DNA from: Nitrososphaerota archaeon
Lineage (GTDB): Archaea; Thermoproteota; Nitrososphaeria_A; Caldarchaeales; Calditenuaceae
Length of the DNA stretch: 64,000 nt
Reading direction: 5' to 3'
NCBI GenBank assembly: GCA_041641295.1
Contig: JBEPYO010000001.1
Span: forward strand, 768,001 to 832,000
Shown: in pieces, positions 19,098 through 29,192 of the stretch
How the letters are laid out: every line of letters starts with the position of its first letter
Numbering within the stretch: position 1 is the stretch's first letter
Translations under genes and position numbers: made by a program
The notes under the pieces: generated by a model
Databases searched by the model: none
What the model was told of the DNA's origin: nothing
The model's input: the letters and a program-made list of their open reading frames with translations, nothing else

Positions 19098-20862
19098 TCT
19101 GGAGCTCGAATAGCCCCACTGTTATGTTTCCCGAGAGCCATATTGCGACTAGCGATATTGCGGCCATTATTACTGCGTGTTTGAATCCTCCTGCTATGGT
19201 TGAGCCTGATACTTTTCCGGCTACAAGTCCGCTTATGACGGCTATGATTATGACGGGGGGTAGGAAGAAGTGTATGAACTCTGCGGAGGAGATGCTTAGG
19301 CGCGCTAGTTTTAGCAGGCCCTTCATGAACGAGACCAGTATGACAACGACGACTATGAGTAGGACTGCTGTTAGGTAGGGGATTATCATGAGCGGCTTTA
19401 GCGTTGCGCGTTTCTGCCTCTCAATTTCTTCCAAGTCTTCTGAGAAGGATGCTAGGACTTCGAAGGTCTCGGGGGCTCCTCCTCCGACGTCTATCGCGTC
19501 TATCAGTATGAAGACTCCTGCTCTTTCTAGCCATCCATAGGTTCGTTTTGCGAAGTCTTCGTAGATCTTTCTGAGGGGCATGCCCCAGCCTATCTGTCGT
19601 GCCATTATCTTGAGGTGTTTGCTGAAGGCGCCGTATGGGTTTCTTGAGAGGTCGATTATGCATCTCTCGGGGCTTAGGCCTGTTTTTCTGACCTCTGTGA
19701 TGTCTCGGAGGAAGAGTGTGAGGCCGTGGACAACTGAGAAGTTTTCGGAGCCGTATTTCTGGTATGCGACCGCGGCTGGTGTGAAGAGTATTATGGAGAA
19801 GAGGATGAGGGCTATTGAGGATTCGTAGCCTGCCTCTATGCCCATCATTGTTCTGATCTGGACTATTATGGAGGAGGTTATGTCGAATGGTGTTATGTAT
19901 TGGAGGTCTGTGAGGAAGAAGGGTATTGTGAATAGTGCGAGGAATGTGAAGGCGGCGGGCATTGTGAGGTATAGGACCTTCATGGGTCGCGGGTCTCTTA
20001 TCGGGTATTTGGGCTGGCTAATGTCCGCAAGGTAGAGGAAGAAGATTGACATGAGTGGTAGGAATAGGTAGGCTATCATGGCGAATTGTTCTGAAGGCAT
20101 TATGAGGAATTCTGTCGGGAGGGCTCTTGAGACTATGTAGATTGTGAAGAGGACTAGTGAGAGCATCATTGTTATTGCTGCGTACCCCTCCATCAGCATC
20201 CCCATCCTCTCGCCGACTATCCTCATCTTACCCATCCTAGACGTGAAGATCTGCTCGGTCTTCCTGATGAGGAAGTGGACGACGTCGCCTCCGCTTCTTA
20301 TTGTTGAGGCGTAGCCCATTAGGAGGTCTCGGTATTCTTTGCTTGGGAGGCCTTTGGCCATTTTCTCGATTGCTGAGACTGGGTCTAGTCCGCCTACTTT
20401 GACGTTTAGGTCTGCGAGTTTGGCTGCCTTGGCTATGTTGGGCATTAGCTGGCTCTGGGCCAGTCTTGATAGGCTCTTGTAGGGTGGGATTCCGCCTGTG
20501 GACATGACTGCTAAGTAGGCTGCGGCGTAGGGGACTTCGCTCTCGAAGAGTGTTGCCGCTGAGGAGGCCGCCATGTATGGCCAAGCCAGGCCGAGGCCTA
20601 GGGTGATTACCGGTATTGAGCCTATGAGGCCTAGGGCCAATAGGCTGCCGGTGAGCATGTATGTGAAGACTGCTAGGGGGATGGAGATGGCTGCTGATAT
20701 GACTGTGGCGGCGGCTACAATGGAGGTGAAGACCTCGGGGTATATCCGTTTCCCGGCGCTCTCGAGTTTTGAGGGGATGCTGGGCGCGATTCTCAGTAGG
20801 AGGGTTCCGAGGCTCCTAAAGTTTGAGTAGGAGAAGCTTGTGAAGCTCTCTGAGAAGCCCAT
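19087..20862 (-). CDS. Type IV pilus membrane platform protein (TadC / T2SS F family, two domains)
   Basis: Two T2SSF repeats (YLAVMSTGG...TIRSGGD; FLRDITEVRKTGLSPE...AIDVGGG), GLVAGKVS...GFKH. Confidence 0.9.
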   Translation of the reverse strand: MGFSESFTSFSYSNFRSLGTLLLRIAPSIPSKLESAGKRIYPEVFTSIVAAATVISAAISIPLAVFTYMLTGSLLALGLIGSIPVITLGLGLAWPYMAASSAATLFESEVPYAAAYLAVMSTGGIPPYKSLSRLAQSQLMPNIAKAAKLADLNVKVGGLDPVSAIEKMAKGLPSKEYRDLLMGYASTIRSGGDVVHFLIRKTEQIFTSRMGKMRIVGERMGMLMEGYAAITMMLSLVLFTIYIVSRALPTEFLIMPSEQFAMIAYLFLPLMSIFFLYLADISQPKYPIRDPRPMKVLYLTMPAAFTFLALFTIPFFLTDLQYITPFDITSSIIVQIRTMMGIEAGYESSIALILFSIILFTPAAVAYQKYGSENFSVVHGLTLFLRDITEVRKTGLSPERCIIDLSRNPYGAFSKHLKIMARQIGWGMPLRKIYEDFAKRTYGWLERAGVFILIDAIDVGGGAPETFEVLASFSEDLEEIERQKRATLKPLMIIPYLTAVLLIVVVVILVSFMKGLLKLARLSISSAEFIHFFLPPVIIIAVISGLVAGKVSGSTIAGGFKHAVIMAAISLVAIWLSGNITVGLFELQTTP

Positions 20863-20983
20863 GACTATAGACTATTCCCCCGCACACCATATATAAGAGT
20901 TGTTTTATGGAAATACACCGGGATTTTCCACTGGAAGACGGCGGACGCAATACATATATGGGGGAGACTTCAGATTCAACGTA

Positions 20984-21385
20984 ATGATGGTTCGGAGGAA
21001 GGCGGGTATAAGCCCGGTTGTCGCAACGGTGATCCTAGTCGCTGTGGCGATTGTTATAGCGATTGCGGTGGCCTTCTGGGCATCGGGGCTCGTCGGAGTC
21101 TTCACTAGGTTCGAGAAAATCGAGATACAGACAGCCTATTGGGACGGCAGTCAAGTAGTGGTGATTGCTAAGAACTCAGGCTCGAGCCCAGCAGTAATAG
21201 ACATGATACTAGTAAACGGACTACCCTGCAGTACAGGACTGAGCAACCAGCTGTCGGTAGGAGGTACAGTCTCGTTTAGCATACCGCCAGGCGCTACCTG
21301 TGTTAGGACAGGCGGAATAACTAACGAGATAGCGCTACACACGACCAGCGGCAAGACCTACCCAGTAGCAGTCCTAGTACCGTAA
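20984..21385 (+). CDS. Archaeal type IV pilin (probable major pilin)
   Basis: Class III signal RRKAG|ISPVVATVILVAVAIVIAIAVAFW followed by a short beta-rich domain. ATG at 20984. Confidence 0.88.
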   Translation: MMVRRKAGISPVVATVILVAVAIVIAIAVAFWASGLVGVFTRFEKIEIQTAYWDGSQVVVIAKNSGSSPAVIDMILVNGLPCSTGLSNQLSVGGTVSFSIPPGATCVRTGGITNEIALHTTSGKTYPVAVLVP

Positions 21386-21474
21386 AACTACCCGCATATT
21401 TTTATTGTTTTACCACGACAGCCAGCACCATCTATCTAAGATGTAATGTTTATGACTGATGCGGCACAGAATTT

Positions 21475-22386
21475 TTGGAGGGGGTGTCTTTAAGCAGGGT
21501 CGGGCGCCTCCGAGCACTGGTCGTCATCTGCGCCTACAATGAGGAGAGAAGCATAGCTACGCCGGTATCCCGCGCGGTCAAGGAGGGCTTCGAGGTCCTA
21601 GTAGTGGATGACGGAAGCGAAGACAAAACATCACAGATCGCAGAGAAGCATGGAGCCATTGTAGTAAGAAATCCTGAGAGGCGTGGAAAAGCGGCAGCCC
21701 TAAGCAGGGCAATAGACTATGCAAAGACTCACGGTTATGACGCAATAATAGGGATAGATGCAGATGCGGTACCCACACCGGGAAGCATTACCAAATTATA
21801 CCAACATCTCGAGTCGCCGGTCGTAGGAGCCGTCTCCGCACTACAAATACCACTGGGAGTAGGCCCCGCATATAAAATAGACGAGCTCATGTGGAGCATA
21901 CTGGCCATTGGAAAATCACTACAGCAACGCCTAAACCGCCCAGTCCACCTAGGAGCAGTGATGTATGGGGTTAAGCTCGAGAGCATCAACAATCCGTTGA
22001 ACATTATCAACGACGATGAGTACATCGGCAAAGCAATTCATAAAAGTGGAAAACAACATTTATTTTTAGAAGAGAGCGTAGTATATTTTGACGCATCAAC
22101 ATCGATAAAACACCTCTTCACCAGAAGAAAACGCATGATACTAGGACACCTCCAGCTCGGAAAGTCCACAGCACCCAGCATGCAGCCAGACATACTAGCG
22201 GTCGCGACACTACTGGCAATAATCAGAAAACCATCTAGGATAACATGGCTGATACCCGCAGCCATGATAGAAATAGCCGCAAGGCTCGCAGCATTCGCAG
22301 ACTTGAGGAAAGAAAAAAGACTAAAAGAATACATAAAATGGCACACATATGGGATGAAAAGACCGATACAGAACCCCGCAGTCTGA
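21475..22386 (+). CDS. GT2-family glycosyltransferase
   Basis: VVICAYNEE, VVDDGSEDKT, GKAAAL, DAD, NDD. Confidence 0.9.
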   Translation: MEGVSLSRVGRLRALVVICAYNEERSIATPVSRAVKEGFEVLVVDDGSEDKTSQIAEKHGAIVVRNPERRGKAAALSRAIDYAKTHGYDAIIGIDADAVPTPGSITKLYQHLESPVVGAVSALQIPLGVGPAYKIDELMWSILAIGKSLQQRLNRPVHLGAVMYGVKLESINNPLNIINDDEYIGKAIHKSGKQHLFLEESVVYFDASTSIKHLFTRRKRMILGHLQLGKSTAPSMQPDILAVATLLAIIRKPSRITWLIPAAMIEIAARLAAFADLRKEKRLKEYIKWHTYGMKRPIQNPAV

Positions 22387-22549
22387 AGTGCACCCAAAAA
22401 TAAACACAATGATAGTCAGTATGAGCGAGAAAACCTAATAGAATAACGTAACAGTCGTATACAACTGCTCTACAGACGATCAGTACAACCAGTTATACTG
22501 AATATAGATGGAAAGTACAAAGCAAAGGGTGAGGCTAAAATTCCTATAT

Positions 22550-23308
22550 TTACACATTTTTTAACAACACATGATGGCCTCTTCGGCTTTCTAAAACCGT
22601 AGTTATATCTAGTTGAAGCTCCGATGCTTTTCTGCAAAAGCTGCACCCACAAATTTTTCCAACCGCCTTCTCATGCACCTCCACAATTACCAGCCTCCAA
22701 AACTCTCTAAACTTTGATAAATCATTCAACAAGTAAGATTCAACACCTTCAATATCTATCTTAATCCAATCGAAAACAACCCCTAACCTCCTTAACAGAG
22801 CACCCAACGTGATAGCTTCTACCCGAATTCTCTTACTCCAAGCATCACCCCTATACAAACCAGAAATGTCACCTTTAGGTTCAACGTAAAAATCGACGAA
22901 CCCGGACTCTCTGTCAATCGCAGTGTTGATAAGTAAGGTGTTGCTAAACCCATTACGCTCTATCGACGCAAGCAAGCAGTAATAGTTTAATGGGTCAGGC
23001 TCTACCCCAACAACCAGCCCCTCACTTCCAACCTTGGCTGCTGCTCTCAACATATATCCCCCTAAATGCGCTCCAATATCAAGAAACCTAGAACCTGGAC
23101 CTAGACTATTCAAAACAAGCGTCATTAAAGTTTTTTCATAAACGGCCAACGGACTCAAGACATCATGAGGGCGCTTAAGACTGCATGCAAACCATATATC
23201 ATCTGCATGAACCCAGAAAGGCGTTGATGGAAAAAGCTTGAAAGGAATAGTCCAGAAGGCCTTTTCAAAAAGTCTTAAAAGACTTGTTTCCCCTTTTAAT
23301 CTAACCAT
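22550..23308 (-). CDS. FkbM-family SAM-dependent methyltransferase
   Basis: FLDIGAHLG, VEPDP, KIDIEGVE, IVEVH. Surrounding DNA is AT-rich. Confidence 0.88.
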   Translation of the reverse strand: MVRLKGETSLLRLFEKAFWTIPFKLFPSTPFWVHADDIWFACSLKRPHDVLSPLAVYEKTLMTLVLNSLGPGSRFLDIGAHLGGYMLRAAAKVGSEGLVVGVEPDPLNYYCLLASIERNGFSNTLLINTAIDRESGFVDFYVEPKGDISGLYRGDAWSKRIRVEAITLGALLRRLGVVFDWIKIDIEGVESYLLNDLSKFREFWRLVIVEVHEKAVGKICGCSFCRKASELQLDITTVLESRRGHHVLLKNV

Positions 23309-23591
23309 GCTTCATTTCCCATCCTCGACCCTACCTAAAAATTGGAGCATGTATCCGAACTTCCCTCTGTGCAAGCTCACCACTCCTCTCCAACAATAGC
23401 ATTTTTTTCTCGTGTAAGCTATTACTATGAATAGGCTCATTTGGATTCCTCCTTAAGCTGTTATAAACTATGCAATGCTTATGTGTTTCCATCAACATAC
23501 TGAACAATCACGCTGAGGTTTAAAATATTATCACTACTCTATGCTGCGGTAAATCCTAAGGTAAGACGACGACACTAGTTAGATAGAAGGT

Positions 23592-23966
23592 TTAGATCCG
23601 TCCCACCAATAGAACGCCAATAATTATCAGTACGACGCCGACCCACTGCTGTATAGTTACGACTTCCCTCAGCAGAAAATAGCCAACCAGCACTATTGAG
23701 GCTATGGACATTGATAGGAAGAATCGGCCTAGCATGACCCCCATGTAGCTGTAGACCCAGTAGCTCAGCACAGCAACTGAGAAGCCTGTAAGCATTGCCA
23801 GTATAAACCACCGGTTCAAGAAGAGGGTAAGGAAGAATTTCAGAGAGGCCTCAGGCTGGCCTACCTCCCTCAAAGTCAGCCCCCAGAACAGCGTATTCAA
23901 ACCCACCAGCACAGCAACCAAAAACCCCAGATACCAGTGCGTGGCAGCCAAACCCACTCCCCCCAC
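23592..23966 (-). CDS. Small 4-TM DMT/SMR-like membrane protein (possible ArnE/F-like lipid-sugar flippase)
   Basis: Four hydrophobic helices with DMT-type C-terminus GYFLLRE.VT..QWVGVVLIIIGV. Confidence 0.65.
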   Translation of the reverse strand: MGGVGLAATHWYLGFLVAVLVGLNTLFWGLTLREVGQPEASLKFFLTLFLNRWFILAMLTGFSVAVLSYWVYSYMGVMLGRFFLSMSIASIVLVGYFLLREVVTIQQWVGVVLIIIGVLLVGRI

Positions 23967-24075
23967 CAGTTAACCAACCCCAGCCCATCCCATCCATATA
24001 TCTCTTCAAAACACCCAGCCCTAAACAAGCCGCTAGGAATTTATACCCAATACACGGGTATTCCATAACAAACGG

Positions 24076-25446
24076 ATGTCGACCGACAGAAAAAGAGCAG
24101 CCATACTCGCAGCCATCATCATACTAGGCTTCGCCATACGATACATGGTATGGATATACCCCATGTACGCTACCCAAGGAATAATAATCTATGACACAGG
24201 AACCTACACAGTCTTCGGCCTCGCATACATCGAGGCCCTCACATCGATGAACCTAACAGCCCTAGCCGGGATAAACGTAGGAGTCCCACCCCTCGCCATG
24301 CTCCTAACAGGCCTAACCACACAAGCCTTCGGACAATACATCGGCCCGATCCAGGCAAGCCTAGTCGCACCGATGACAGCGTCAGCCCTAACGGCCATAC
24401 CCGCCTACATGATCGCAAGAAAAATCTCTCCCAAACTCTCCCTCATACCCCCCGCACTAGTAGCCTTCGACCCATTCCTCATACAATTCTCCGCATCCTA
24501 CCTAGACTCCATCGGCACACTCTTCGCCCTCACCTCAACCGCCTACACCCTAAACACAGGCGACAGAAAATCAACAATCCTAGCAATACTATTCGCATCC
24601 CTAGCCGTCCTAACCAAACTATCATTCGCAATATTCATAACAATCTACGCCATCCTCCGCATCATATTCAAGCAGACAAGCATTAGGAGCGGAGTCTCCT
24701 ATATCCTAATCCCATCAGCCTCACTGGCCCTTAGCCCTTGGCTCTGGATGCCCAGCGGCCTACAGACAAGCGTTACAGGCCACTTGCAGTTCAATAACCT
24801 CCCCCTCTCACCGTTCATCGGCCCCTTCGTAATAGGCCTCCCCCAATCCCTCCCATGGTACATCCTAGCATACCTAGGCATGGGCCAAGTCGCTTGGAAC
24901 ACACTTCCCCCAATAGCACCGCTAGTCCTACTAGCTATCATAATGTACACAACAATGAAAAACAAGCCATACATCACTGGCCACCCAGCAGCGATGGCGG
25001 CCTCAGCCATGATGCTTACAATCTTCCTATTGCCGAGGAACTACTGGACCTATAGCTGGGGCGGAGGCGCGATACAGGGCGTCCTAATACGCCAGTTCTA
25101 CCCCTACTACTTCTACCCCCTAATCCCCTTCCTAGCCACACTAATACCACCGGCCAATAGAAGCGAAAGCATCAACAGCCGCCTAGTAACCTACCCAATC
25201 CTCCTCACCACACTCCTCTCCCCTCTAACATTCACGATGAACCTCGGCCTACCCTACTGGGACTTCCTCTTCACACTAATCTACAGCTCATCCCAAGGCA
25301 GCTGGGTAGCCGAGGGGATAATAGCCATAACAATAACCGTGGCAATTCTCATAGCCTCTGTCACAGCGGCAGAGCTCCTTCACAGGAAAGGCAAAGCCAA
25401 TGGCCAATCCGGGGGGCGAGGTGCCGAGCTAATAGTTAATCAGTAG
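24076..25446 (+). CDS. Multi-pass membrane GT-C glycosyltransferase-like protein (ArnT/PMT type)
   Basis: R at end of TM1, YD in the first loop, VPPL, FDP...S...LD, LAVLTK pattern typical of GT-C fold proteins. Confidence 0.6.
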   Translation: MSTDRKRAAILAAIIILGFAIRYMVWIYPMYATQGIIIYDTGTYTVFGLAYIEALTSMNLTALAGINVGVPPLAMLLTGLTTQAFGQYIGPIQASLVAPMTASALTAIPAYMIARKISPKLSLIPPALVAFDPFLIQFSASYLDSIGTLFALTSTAYTLNTGDRKSTILAILFASLAVLTKLSFAIFITIYAILRIIFKQTSIRSGVSYILIPSASLALSPWLWMPSGLQTSVTGHLQFNNLPLSPFIGPFVIGLPQSLPWYILAYLGMGQVAWNTLPPIAPLVLLAIIMYTTMKNKPYITGHPAAMAASAMMLTIFLLPRNYWTYSWGGGAIQGVLIRQFYPYYFYPLIPFLATLIPPANRSESINSRLVTYPILLTTLLSPLTFTMNLGLPYWDFLFTLIYSSSQGSWVAEGIIAITITVAILIASVTAAELLHRKGKANGQSGGRGAELIVNQ

Positions 25447-25527
25447 AAAAACACTAATAAGCCACCATAGCACTAATAGCCACTCTTATTTAAAAGATAT
25501 ATACACGCTAGTCTAACTGTTAATCAA

Positions 25528-26055
25528 TTGGAGAGGGACTTGACCGCCCACCCAAACCCCAGTTACCGGAGGGGGCATAGAAGGATGCGCGGAGACACAG
25601 TAATCCTGGCCGAGATCCTCCTCTTCGCCGGTGTCGTAACTGTAGGCCTAGCCCTCTGGGGACTCTCCCTTGGCTACGTAACCTCCCAGTCAACAAAGCT
25701 GGCCCAAGACTATGACAAACTCGTCTCACAGCAGAGGAGCTTCTTCATCATCGAGGCAGCCTCACTCCAAAGCAACGCCGTCTGGGTATCGAACCACGGC
25801 CTAAACGATGTAGCAGTTATAAGCTGCACAATATACCCGAAGACCACTCCCTCACCCGGAATAAGACACAACGTGGCCGGCGTGATCGTAAGAGCATCAG
25901 ACAACACTCCCACCGTTCTGACAGGCTGCGAGCGCTTCCCCGGCCCACCTCCATACGTGGTCGAGGTCTGGTACATCCCGGCACACCTCTACAACCCGCA
26001 AGACCCGGCCAGCAACTCGATGTACGCACTTGTGGCCCGATATGAGAAGGGGTAG
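25528..26055 (+). CDS. Pilin-like protein, family A copy 1 (alternative start ATG 25585)
   Basis: RG|DTVILAEILLFAGVVTVGLALW class III-like signal, VWVSNHG, VWYIPAHLYNP. Confidence 0.7.
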   Translation: MERDLTAHPNPSYRRGHRRMRGDTVILAEILLFAGVVTVGLALWGLSLGYVTSQSTKLAQDYDKLVSQQRSFFIIEAASLQSNAVWVSNHGLNDVAVISCTIYPKTTPSPGIRHNVAGVIVRASDNTPTVLTGCERFPGPPPYVVEVWYIPAHLYNPQDPASNSMYALVARYEKG

Positions 26056-27232
26056 CTCCGGAATCTCCACAATGGTTGGGATGGCGATAATCTTAGCGAT
26101 ATTCTTCACAACCCTAATCCCGCTCTACGTCTACATGTCAAGCCTCTACGGCCTACTATCCAACGAGACGAACTCTAGAAGGATTAGGGACGTGGACAGG
26201 GAGACGGAGGACCTGAAGCTCTTCGTTGAGGGAAGGTCTGGTATAGGTCAGGGAAGCCCTAGCATAAGCGTGGTTCTGAAAAATACCTCACCTCTACTGA
26301 TAAGGGTTGAGAGGATTTGGATGATGAATGTGGCGGCCGGCTCACCAGTCGGCGACACCCCCTGTGTAAACACGATAGTCGACGTACCCCCAGGCTGGAA
26401 CATCACAGTTCAGGTTAACGATTGTACGCGAGGGTTCACTGGAAGGGTTCAGTTTATAGCTGTTACCGGGAGGGGAAGACTGTTCAGCTCCGCACCAATC
26501 GACCTCTTTCAAGGGAGAATAATTGCAGGCCTCTTCCCCTACACCTTGACAGTCTCAGTCATCAACATGAAGAGGGGAAACGAATACACCATCGACATCC
26601 AGCCACAAGGAGACGCAGACATACATCCACGCTCCATAACATATAAGGCAACAGCATCAAACGAGAACATCTCACTCTCCTTCGGAACAACAGCCGGAAC
26701 CTTCCGAGTCTACCTCAAGGAGAACGGGGTTCTAGTCTCGACCGCTAGGCTCATAGCCCCACCCACCAACCCAGTGGACGTAACGCTGCCAGACTATTGG
26801 AACGTAGTCTTCATCCTCAGAAGAGTCGAGATACTGCCCGTGACCATAGATCTAGAAATATTCGCTCCCAGCCGGGTCCTTGAGGGAGAATCGTTCCAGT
26901 TCCAGATCTTCCTCAGCCTACCCCCACAGGCCGGAGAGGACGTCAGAATCAACCACGACAGGATAATCCAAGCCATAAGTTTAAGTGGAGACTATGAGCA
27001 AAACACGCTTAAGTGTTTGCCAGTAGAGGATACACTATCCCCCGGGTCAACGAAGACCGCGCTCATCTGCTCCCTTACAGCGGCAGAGCTTACAGGAAAC
27101 AGAAACTTCGGCTCAATAACCATTACTGTAGGGCCGATCCAAGACTGCGGAACAGGTGAGGGCTCCGGCCTACCATACTCCTCAGACCAGGATTCCACCA
27201 TCATAGATGTGAAGAGGCAGAGGGGCCGATAA
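26042..27232 (+). CDS. Large pilin-like/adhesin protein, family B copy 1
   Basis: MRRGSSG|ISTMVGMAIILAIFF signal, VVLKNTS...IRVERIW, TGRGRLF. Confidence 0.75.
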   Translation: MRRGSSGISTMVGMAIILAIFFTTLIPLYVYMSSLYGLLSNETNSRRIRDVDRETEDLKLFVEGRSGIGQGSPSISVVLKNTSPLLIRVERIWMMNVAAGSPVGDTPCVNTIVDVPPGWNITVQVNDCTRGFTGRVQFIAVTGRGRLFSSAPIDLFQGRIIAGLFPYTLTVSVINMKRGNEYTIDIQPQGDADIHPRSITYKATASNENISLSFGTTAGTFRVYLKENGVLVSTARLIAPPTNPVDVTLPDYWNVVFILRRVEILPVTIDLEIFAPSRVLEGESFQFQIFLSLPPQAGEDVRINHDRIIQAISLSGDYEQNTLKCLPVEDTLSPGSTKTALICSLTAAELTGNRNFGSITITVGPIQDCGTGEGSGLPYSSDQDSTIIDVKRQRGR

Positions 27233-27233
27233 G

Positions 27234-27382
27234 CTACGGTGTCGACGCTCTATATGATGTCCTTACATTAGCACCTTCACATAACACTACACTATTCTCC
27301 ATAAGGGGTTTGGGATGAGGGTGATCAGAAGTGGCAGTATGGGGGATACATTGTCTACCAAAGTATTAAATGCCCAAGGCCT
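27234..27382. pseudogene. Rearranged remnant of the 3' end of gene 29193-30479
   Basis: 27234-27290 matches 29193-29250 in direct orientation. 27302-27382 is the reverse complement of 29320-29405 with a 5-nt deletion (CTACTCTACC to CTACC). Confidence 0.85.
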
Positions 27383-27501
27383 TGGTGAAAGTGTTAATCA
27401 GTTGAAGACATGCTATAATATCTTTCACCCTCAACAATGTTTACGCGCTATATGATACATATATATGGTTGGTGTTGGAGTGCAATACAGCTGCATAGGT
27501 T

Positions 27502-28014
27502 TTGACCTATCATCTAACCTCCAGTGCCAAGAGGCATAAGAGCAGGCGAGGCGACTCAATAGTCTTGGGGGAGCTTCTCCTATTCGCGGGCATGGTTGCT
27601 ATAGGGTTGGCCCTCTGGGGGTTCTCCCTAAGCTACGTTGCCATCCAGTCTACGAAGCTAACCGAGGACCAAGATAAGATCATCTCACAGCAAAGGAGTT
27701 TCCTCGTCATCGAGGCTGTCTCACTGCAGAGCAATAGAGTCTGGGTATCAAATCATGGGCTTAACGACGTAGCGGTCATAAGCTGCACGATATACCCGAA
27801 GGCTAGCCCTTCGCCCGGAATAAGACACAACGTGAGAGGCGTAATCGTAAGAGCATCAGACAACAGGTCCACAGCCCTGACAGGCTGCGAGCCTTTCCCC
27901 GGTCAGCCGCCTTACATAGTTGAGGTCTGGTATGTCCCTGCACACCTCTACAACACGCAAGACTTAACCCGCAACTCAATGCACGCGACGGTGGCTCGAT
28001 ATGAGAAAGGATAG
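27502..28014 (+). CDS. Pilin-like protein, family A copy 2
   Basis: SRRG|DSIVLGELLLFAG; paralog of 25528-26055. Confidence 0.72.
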   Translation: MTYHLTSSAKRHKSRRGDSIVLGELLLFAGMVAIGLALWGFSLSYVAIQSTKLTEDQDKIISQQRSFLVIEAVSLQSNRVWVSNHGLNDVAVISCTIYPKASPSPGIRHNVRGVIVRASDNRSTALTGCEPFPGQPPYIVEVWYVPAHLYNTQDLTRNSMHATVARYEKG

Positions 28015-29191
28015 GTCAGGAGTCTCAACTATGGTTGGTATGGCGATAATCTTAGCGATATTCTTCACAACCCTGATTCCCCTCTACGTCTACATGTCAA
28101 GCCTCTACGGGCTTCTCTCCAGCGAAATGAATTACAGGAGGATTAGGGACGTGGACAGGGAGACGGAGGACTTGAAGCTCTTAGTGGAGGGAAAGTCGGG
28201 GATAAACCAAGGAGACTACGGAGTGAGCGTGGTTCTGAAGAACACCTCGCCCCTGCTGATAAGGGTTGAGAGGATTTGGATGATGAACGTGGTGACTGGC
28301 TCACCCGTGGGAGATACCCCTTGCATAGACAGGATAGTTGACGTGCCTCCAGGCTGGAACGTCACAGTAAATGTGGACGTCTGTACGCAGGGGTTCACTG
28401 GAAGGGTTCAGTTTATAGCGATTACTGAGAGAGGCAGGCTATTCGGCTCGCAGCCAGTGAACCTTCTTCAAGGAAGAATTATGCCGGGGATATTCCCCTA
28501 CACTCTGACTGTCTCAATCATCAATATGCGGAGAGGGAGCGACTATACAATCGAGGTAGTTCCACTCGGGGACGCAGATATACATCCACGCTCCGTAACA
28601 TACAAGGCTACGGCCTCTAACGAGAACATCTCACTCTCCTTCGGAGCAACGGCAGGAACCTTCTCGGTCTACCTCAAAGAGAACGGGGCCCTAGTCCGGA
28701 CAGCCAGACTCGTAGCCCCACCAAACAACCCAGCTAATGTAACGCTGCCGGACTACTGGAATGTGGTCTTCATACTTAGAGGTAACACGATACGGCCCGT
28801 GACCATGGGCCTAGAAATAAGTGCTCCCCGCCGTGTTCTTGCGGGGGTATCATTCTCGTTCGATATTGTTCTCAGCCTACCGTCACAGGCCGACGAAGAC
28901 GTTAGAATCAACTATGATGGGATAATCCAAGCCATGGTTATAAGAGGAGACTACGAGCCAAATACACTTGATTGTTCGAAGGTGAAAGATACTCTCTCCC
29001 CAGGCTCGACGGAGACCGTGGCTAGGTGCTACATAATAGCCGCTGAGCCTCCACAGAACAGAACCGCCGGCTCAATAACGATCACTGTAAACCAGATCCA
29101 AAACTGTGGAACTGGAGTAAGCTCCAACCTACCATACCCGTCAAACTCTGACTCCGTCAACATACAGGTGAGGGGGCAGAGAGGGAGATGA
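28001..29191 (+). CDS. Large pilin-like/adhesin protein, family B copy 2
   Basis: MRKDRSG|VSTMVGMAIILAIFF; paralog of 26042-27232. Confidence 0.75.
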   Translation: MRKDRSGVSTMVGMAIILAIFFTTLIPLYVYMSSLYGLLSSEMNYRRIRDVDRETEDLKLLVEGKSGINQGDYGVSVVLKNTSPLLIRVERIWMMNVVTGSPVGDTPCIDRIVDVPPGWNVTVNVDVCTQGFTGRVQFIAITERGRLFGSQPVNLLQGRIMPGIFPYTLTVSIINMRRGSDYTIEVVPLGDADIHPRSVTYKATASNENISLSFGATAGTFSVYLKENGALVRTARLVAPPNNPANVTLPDYWNVVFILRGNTIRPVTMGLEISAPRRVLAGVSFSFDIVLSLPSQADEDVRINYDGIIQAMVIRGDYEPNTLDCSKVKDTLSPGSTETVARCYIIAAEPPQNRTAGSITITVNQIQNCGTGVSSNLPYPSNSDSVNIQVRGQRGR

Positions 29192-29192
29192 A

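Noticed and set aside
23309-23590. Short coding-like fragments around an A8 run upstream of the FkbM gene
   Set aside because: No recognisable domain and they cannot be joined convincingly to the FkbM frame.
25452-25506. Direct repeat CACTAATA(A)GCCAC and a 15-mer shared with 744-758
   Set aside because: The 15-mer is explained by BRE/TATA consensus, and two short repeats are too little to call an operator.
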